A DNA stretch of 64,000 nucleotides, taken from Octopus vulgaris. Lineage: Eukaryota. The translations under genes and the position numbers were made by a program. Shown here one piece after another: positions 56,136-64,000 of this stretch. How positions within the stretch are numbered: position 1 is the stretch's first letter; each line of letters begins with the position of its first letter. The DNA is taken from NCBI GenBank assembly GCA_951406725.2, contig OX597822.1:44082001-44146000 (forward strand). The letters are read 5' to 3'. Under the pieces are notes generated by a model, which had not been told where the DNA came from, ran no database searches, and saw only the letters and a program-made list of their open reading frames with translations.

Positions 56136-56571
56136 ACATATATATATATACTATTGTACTTGTTTCAATCATTTGACTGTGGCTATGTTGGAGCACCGCC
56201 TTTTAGTCGAGCAAATTGATTTCGGCCATGAGTAATTCAATAGTGCTGCATGGAAACGTCTTTTAGTTAATTATTTCGAAATACCATGGATCAGAGAGTT
56301 GTTGTTCGTTGAAACGTACCAAGGCGTATATGGTTTATCCGGTATCTCCTGGAGGTATTTGTCCAGGTACCGATTGCCCCTTGTGGGCTCTTTTTCTACT
56401 TTAATTTCTTTCGGGATAACATTGAAAAGTGCAGGACTATTAGCAGTGAAGAAATTGTGTCTTGATACGCTTAGGTGATTTGATCTCGACCTTCGAGGGG
56501 ACGCATATATGTATATATAATTATATGTTCACATATACATATATTTATATATGTATATATACTTATATGTG

Positions 56572-56648
<77 letters not shown>

Positions 56649-56669
56649 ATATGTATAGTTATAGTTATA

Positions 56670-56708
<39 letters not shown>

Positions 56709-57201
56709 GCATGAAGGGCTTCCAGCCAGTATCTATTCGACAAATTTACTCACTTCACTTGCAAGACCTGGCTTAGCCCCTGAAATACTATCGGAGAGGT
56801 ACTGCTTAGCAGGATTGAAAGAAAAACTACGTCGCTGCAAAGCGAGTTTCGTAAACGCGGCTGAACGGCTGCGCCTATTTTGACATCTTTTATTTATACA
56901 TTCATCCATTTTCTTTATTCCTTTTTGAATTTGCACAATTTGTCATTGGTCATCTCGACTTGCCCAGCAAATTCTGTTGCTTCCAAACTGTAGAACCAGA
57001 CAAAAGGTCTAACTAGCGAACGTGTCGAGAACAACGCTCAACGTGCTTAATAATGCATTACGCTTCAATCAGAAAACAACCCAAATGAAATGACATTGTC
57101 ATGTTTCGGAAAATGTTACGCCAGAGATTAAGTATTTATACAGACGCGATATTTCATATCTTATACACGTAATGAGTCACAAATAGACCCATAAACTGAT
57201 G

Positions 57202-57277
<76 letters not shown>

Positions 57278-57298
57278 GATGCATACATATATATATAC

Positions 57299-57343
<45 letters not shown>

Positions 57344-57781
57344 CATATATATATATACATATATATATATACAATATATATATATATATATATATACTTA
57401 TATATACATGTATATGTATATGTATGTATATATTTATGTATGTATATGCATACACGAAGATATTTATTTTTATATATTATTTATTTTTAACACATTCAGA
57501 TTTCAACATGAATATGCTAATCCTTCTTGTTTTTGTTTCGTAGAAGACCTTCTCCCTTGAGATGAGGCGTGAATCACGAGATATCGGGAGTGGCAGTAGA
57601 AGGAGGGGGATGACACTGACGCTTAATGACAATCAAAGTCATGGCGATAATGTTTACAACGTTGATGATGATGGTGATAATGATGAAAATAATAATGGTG
57701 ATGATGATGACGATGATGGTGGTGTGTGTATGTGTGAAAACATATGTGTATATTTATATATACATATATATATATATGTAT

Positions 57782-57817
<36 letters not shown>

Positions 57818-57899
57818 CTGTGTGTGTGTGTGTGTGTGTATGTATTATGCATGGAGAACAACAGCAACAACAACAATAATCATTATTATGACATCAAAT

Positions 57900-58283
57900 A
57901 TTTGCCACAAAGGCAGCTTGGTGGAGAGGATTAAGGGGACTACATCGATACCAGTGTGTAAATGGTTCTTGATTTATTGACCCCGAGAGAATGACAGGCA
58001 AATTCGACTTCGACAGAATCTGAACGCAGACCGTAACGATAGACGAAATACATATTTCTTTACTACCCACGAGGGGCTAAACACAGAGAGGACAAACAAG
58101 AACCGACAAACGGATTAAGTCGATTACATCGACCTCAGTGCGTAGCTGGTACTTAATTTATCGACCCCGAAAGGATAAGAGGCAAAGTCGACCTCGGCGG
58201 AATTTGAACTCATAACGTAGCGGCAGACGAAATACCGCTATGTATTTCGCCCGGCGTGCTAACGATTCTGCCAGCTCACCGCC

Positions 58284-58285
<2 letters not shown>
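57900..58285 (-). mobile_element. Dimeric family B SINE abutting (TAA)n (58286-58500)
   Basis: Reverse complement of the 10049-10440 arrangement. Confidence 0.85.
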
Positions 58286-58363
<78 letters not shown>

Positions 58364-58364
58364 C

Positions 58365-58472
<108 letters not shown>

Positions 58473-58567
58473 GTAATAATAATAATAATGATAATAATAA
58501 ATGACAATGATGATATTAATAAATTATGATAGTGACAACAACACTACCAATAGCACACAAAATTCAA

Positions 58568-58678
<111 letters not shown>

Positions 58679-59148
58679 GTATATATACACATATGTATAT
58701 ATATATGTATGTATGTATATATATATGTCTCTTCTCACGCATATCTTCTTTTTAAAATATGCTTCCTCTCATCCACTCATTCATGTTTATACTGTTTCTC
58801 CCTTCTATTACCTCACCTATACAACTATACAACCTTTCCTCCACCTCTCTCTATCTCTTCCTCTTTCTCGTTCTCTTTCTCCCTATCAGACTCCATCATT
58901 CATTTCCCTATATCATGTTTTGTTATCGTCTTCAATTTTAGCCATTATTATTTTTCTCCCCCTTGTTTTTGCTTTTTATTTCCTATAACATATCATGATA
59001 AGATAACAATGGCTGCCCTTTCTCCGATGATCGCAATTTCCGGCGTGTTTCCTCTGTCGGTTGTTTCGGATAAATAAATAAAGAAGCACAAAAAGAAAGA
59101 AGCTTGGTCTATACAAAACATAAAAATACACTTCTAAATATGAATGAA

Positions 59149-59194
<46 letters not shown>

Positions 59195-59266
59195 ATATAT
59201 GTGTGTGGTGTGTGTTTGCGTATGTGTATTTGTGTGTGCATTTATGTGTGTATGTTTATGAAAATG

Positions 59267-59308
<42 letters not shown>

Positions 59309-59346
59309 TATGAATGCAGATATAACGTATATGTACGTATGTATGC

Positions 59347-59377
<31 letters not shown>

Positions 59378-60321
59378 TATACATATATATATATACATAT
59401 AGTTATATAGTTATATATATGTAATCTCTATTTCTTGCCTGTATAAATGCATGCATAAATGTCCCTATATATATGTGCATGTATATATATATACTGTATA
59501 TAACCATATACCTATATATATATATATATATGTATATGTATGTCTGAATGTATGTATGTATGTATGTATGTATGTATGTATGTATGTATGTATATACATA
59601 AACATACATGCTTTTATATGTGTATTATACTGTATTTGCCCTTGTGCTTGTGTTTATTTGTACACGAATCTGGTTTCCCTCCTATATAACACCTCAGTTA
59701 ATTCAACTCCATACCATAACAAAGTTTTCTCCTTTCAATCCCTCACACCTCTTCATCTCCATTGCTTGATTCATTATTTAATCACTTACTGAAACACTTC
59801 TTTTTCCATTCAGTGTTTGTTACGTCACTCACTAATTCTCTCACCGCCTTCCTCTTTACCTCTCATTTTGTGTTCTCTCCCTTCTCCTTTTCTCTGTGCG
59901 TTTCTCCTGTCTCTACCTTTCTCTTTACTCTTCTCTTTAAAAGCGAATTCCAAGGATGTGGTACACATGAGTTATTTTCCTTAATTTATAACACCTTCGA
60001 ATTTCAGTTTTTTCTACTTACAATTATTCCTATAATTACTTGTCTGTGCTTATACTTATGAATTTTCCCACGATTTTTCTTCTTCATTACAATTCACCTT
60101 TATAAATTGTACATGTCCAAATATTCATCACTTCAACGCCTGAGGAACCTTATTAAAGCGAAACTCTTTGTACATTTCTCTACATTGCTGGCAACAATTT
60201 TTCCTTATATAAGTAAACATGGCGGTGTGCCGGCTGAAATATGTACAAGGGTTAAAGAATTAAGAGTAAAACATTAAATATACATATAGAAGAAAAGTAT
60301 ATACATTCATACGCACCAATA

Positions 60322-61091
60322 CAGAGAAAAAAAGATGGCTGTGGATGACTAAAAGTGATTTAAAACCGGAAAAGGAGGCTCTAATCTGTGCTGCCCAAGA
60401 GCAAGCACTAAGAACAAACTACATAAAATACAGACTAGACAACACATCAGAAAGTGATAAATGCAGAATCTGTGGACAAAATCGTATGGCATATTACCAG
60501 CCAATGTACGCCACTTGCCCAGAAGAAATATAAGAAACTCCACGACAATATAGCCAGGCTTGTCCATTCGACACGTATGGACTTGAAAGAGCAAAAAATT
60601 GGTACGACCACAAACCCGAAGGTATCGTCGAAAAGAAAAATGCAAAGATCCTCTGGGATTTTATGATTCAGTGCGACCATGAGATAGAGAATAGGAAGCC
60701 GGATATAGTCTTAATTGAGAAAGAAAACAAACTATACTGGGTCATAAATATGGCATGCCCAGTTGAGAACAAGGTATGCGATAAGGAAGACAGAAAAGTC
60801 AATAGATATGACAGGATATCTTAGGATGTTAAGCAGTTGTGGTCGATTAAAAAGAAAGCATTAGTACTAATAATTATCGGAGCCTTGGGGACAGTGAACA
60901 AAAATCTCGAGAGGTACGTGGATGAAATAGGGGTTGCAATAAGGGCGGAGCACTTGCAGAAAGCAGCACTGCTTGGGACCGCCCGAATACTCAGGAAGGT
61001 GTTCAGAAAATAAGAGGTGTTCATCTTAGTTCACTGGTCGTGAACAGCTGACACCGCAATGCAACTCCAGCGTTAGAAGCTGCGCAAAAGC

Positions 61092-61135
<44 letters not shown>
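60322..61135 (+). mobile_element. 5'-truncated R4/Dong-clade non-LTR retrotransposon (CCHC and restriction-like endonuclease) with (TAA)n tail
   Basis: EALICAAQEQALRTN..KCRICG..HITSQC..HDNIARLVH; KILWDF..RKPDIVLI..IIIGALG..LQKAALLGTARILRKVF, stop at 61011. Confidence 0.9.
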
Positions 61136-61176
61136 TAATAATACTGATGATGACGATGACGATGACGATGATGATA

Positions 61177-61232
<56 letters not shown>

Positions 61233-61597
61233 ACCAAAAGAAGCCGAAAGTTACAAATAATGCGTGGGCAGATTTTACAGCGGTATTTAAATATTTCTAA
61301 GAAGAATTAGTTGTTGTACTCTGCAGTGTAATGCGATGTGAATCTACAGAAGCAGATAATTTATTCTCGATACAGAATGATATATAAGCAACCGGTACAT
61401 GAAGGCCTGTAATTTTCTCACTAAACGCAAACTGATGATAACCAATCATTTCGAATCGCCATGCAATGCTTTTAGCATTTAGAATCGTGTATTATGTAGT
61501 AAAAGTTAAAAACTAATTATTTCACACGAAGTACTTTCCTATTTGTGTATGTATATACGCAGGAAAGTATGTAAAGGTGTATGTATATCGATATATG

Positions 61598-61634
<37 letters not shown>

Positions 61635-61695
61635 TTTGTATTTAGTTATGTATGTAGAGTAAATACGTAGTACATACGCATGTATGTATGCATGC

Positions 61696-61764
<69 letters not shown>

Positions 61765-62009
61765 TGTATGTATGTATGTATGTATATGTACATTTTGCTT
61801 CACATAGGGGAGAACTACGCATTGCATGCAAAATAGTTTGTTTATTCGGTTAGAAGCTAAAACGTTTTGATTCACCCAACCTGAAAATTACCGATGCCAT
61901 ATACATACATACATACATACATACATACATACATACATACATACATGCATACATACATATATATACACAGATATACACACTCACACACACACACACATAT
62001 ATACACACA

Positions 62010-63300
62010 GGCAGTAAAATAATACGATTATGGAGATAATAAAAGAATTTAATGGAGTTTGTTGTGTGAAATTCCTCCTTAAATTGCTGTAGAAATATTT
62101 GCAAGTTTTCAAGAATTTCTATTTTTCCTTGATTATTGGCAAAGTTAAACTGGTATCCTTTGCTGTAAACAAGAATCACATAGTCTGAAGTCATTAATAT
62201 AGAAATTACGTGTATTTTTTAATACATTAATTGGTTTTACTGATAGCAATATCACACTCCGTCAAATTCCTGTTGTTGTTGGACAGGGAGTCACATGTCT
62301 GTCTCTGAAAATAGGTAATGATAGTGATTGTGTTGTTAGGCTTGTTTTCCCTTTAGACCAAGATAGGTTTTTCCTTCTCTAATATCTTCAAGGAAGATCT
62401 TTTAACATCGGACCAAATATTTAAACTATAGGGTGTATCTTGCCATATAATATTTCGTTTCATATTCTTGATTGTGAATATTAACGTGGTTAAGAATGTT
62501 TTATATTTTATCTTTTAATGCATCATTAAAATATTGAACAATAAGTTCAAGCAATTTCTCATCAGAGTAAATGTAGAATATGTACATAATTATAATTTGC
62601 TCATTAAATTTAATTTAATGGCTGCATTTACCATTTCTTCGATATGGAATTATTTGGACTTAGATTTGTATGTGCTGAGGTCTTTAAATTCCTTTGAATA
62701 TGAGAAAAAACAACTTAAGCAACTACGTTTTTTGGTACTTTTACTTTGCAAAACAAGTAGCCAGACATAACGGAACGACCGAAATTCTACATAGAGATAT
62801 TTCATTGGAAGTTTAAGATATCTTATTTTATTAATTGAAATCGTTCAGCTTCGTAACAAAATCCCATAGCTACATCAAAGACCTCCTACCCATTATGTTA
62901 AACCCGAAAAGAATTATCGAAATACAACGAAGATTACTAGTTATTCGCAATGACATTAATGTCCAAATTAGAATATCACATCTACGGAATTTTATTGCTT
63001 TTAAAGAACAGATTTCGTCATTTGCAGATAGTGATCTACAATATTGATTCGCCTAAATTTTCAAACGTGCTTATTACTTACGTTATTGAACCGATTCACA
63101 ACAGAGGAACAGAAGAAATATGAACTGCTTAATGAGGAAAATAGTAGCATTTAAAGGCCTTTATATTGGTCATACTTATCTCACCTTTTCTCGAATTTAT
63201 TAATCAGCATTTCAGGTTGGTAATAAAATTATGTTTATGATCTTTAAAAGTAATGTATAGCTAATGCTATGTTGACTCATCTACACTCTCATCTGTTTTA
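62010..63300 (-). mobile_element. Degraded PLE reverse transcriptase and linker
   Basis: DHKHNFITNLKC*LINSRKGEI, VFDVAMGFCYEAE, FNDALK, KRNIIWQDTPYSLNI in collinear order. Confidence 0.75.
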
Positions 63301-63682
63301 GATTCGTAATAATTTCTCTCCCTCCAATGTTCATGACATAGAAAATACTACAATAGTTTTGACGACAAATATCATGAACATTTCGAACGTTTTGGTTTGT
63401 GCGACCATCAGGCTCTGGCTTTGCTCGAAGAAACGTGGACGTGTTTGGGGTTTTAGAATATTTGTACGAAACGCTACGAAATTTTAGATGTTTATGCAAA
63501 ACAACATGCTATATTATGAAATATTTACATTTACCAACTCACTTGAATGTTCAATTTGCACATAATGGATTCAAAATAGCATCGGTCACCAACCATTTTG
63601 GCATCACAGACTGCTTTCCTTCCGCAAACAGTGAGATCATGTGCATAGCGAAACATAATAGGGTGCATAAGATATAATTCAA

Positions 63683-63757
<75 letters not shown>

Positions 63758-63816
63758 AACACACACACAGAGACAGACAGACAGATAGATAGATAGCTAG
63801 ATAGATAGATAGATAT

Positions 63817-63886
<70 letters not shown>

Positions 63887-63889
63887 GAT

Positions 63890-64000
63890 GGCGCATGACT
63901 CAGTGGTTAGAATGTCGGGCTCATCATCCTGAGGTAGTGAGTTCGATTTCGGGACCGGTCTGTGTGTTGCGTTCTTGAGCATGACACTTTATCACATTGC
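63890..64000 (+). mobile_element. tRNA-derived SINE head (family C), runs off the window
   Basis: ggcgcatgactcagtggttag..gagttcgatttcgggaccgg..gttcttgagc. Confidence 0.75.

Overview
Eukaryotic, gene-empty, AT-rich, repeat-saturated DNA. The SINE repertoire and (TA)n/(CA)n/(GATA)n/(TATG)n microsatellite load suggest an octopus (coleoid cephalopod) intergenic or intronic region; this is an inference. No host exon could be supported, and almost all listed ORFs are microsatellite artefacts. Recognisable coding remnants are all transposon-derived: several Penelope-like element (PLE) RT/GIY-YIG fragments, a CR1/L2-group LINE, two Tx1/L1 3' fragments embedded in (TCTA)n, two R4/Dong fragments next to (TAA)n, a SPIN/Buster-type hAT, mariner/Tc1 pieces and many tRNA-derived SINEs. 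The most notable signal is a high density of minimal type I hammerhead ribozyme motifs, about ten from several unrelated sequence families on both strands. Several have palindromic stem III, some carry U3-A8, U4C or A6U core variants, and some sit in tandem-plus-inverted non-coding units that resemble PLE-mobilised retrozymes (best example 15471-16350). Ribozyme calls come from manual fold matching only and need covariance-model and biochemical confirmation.
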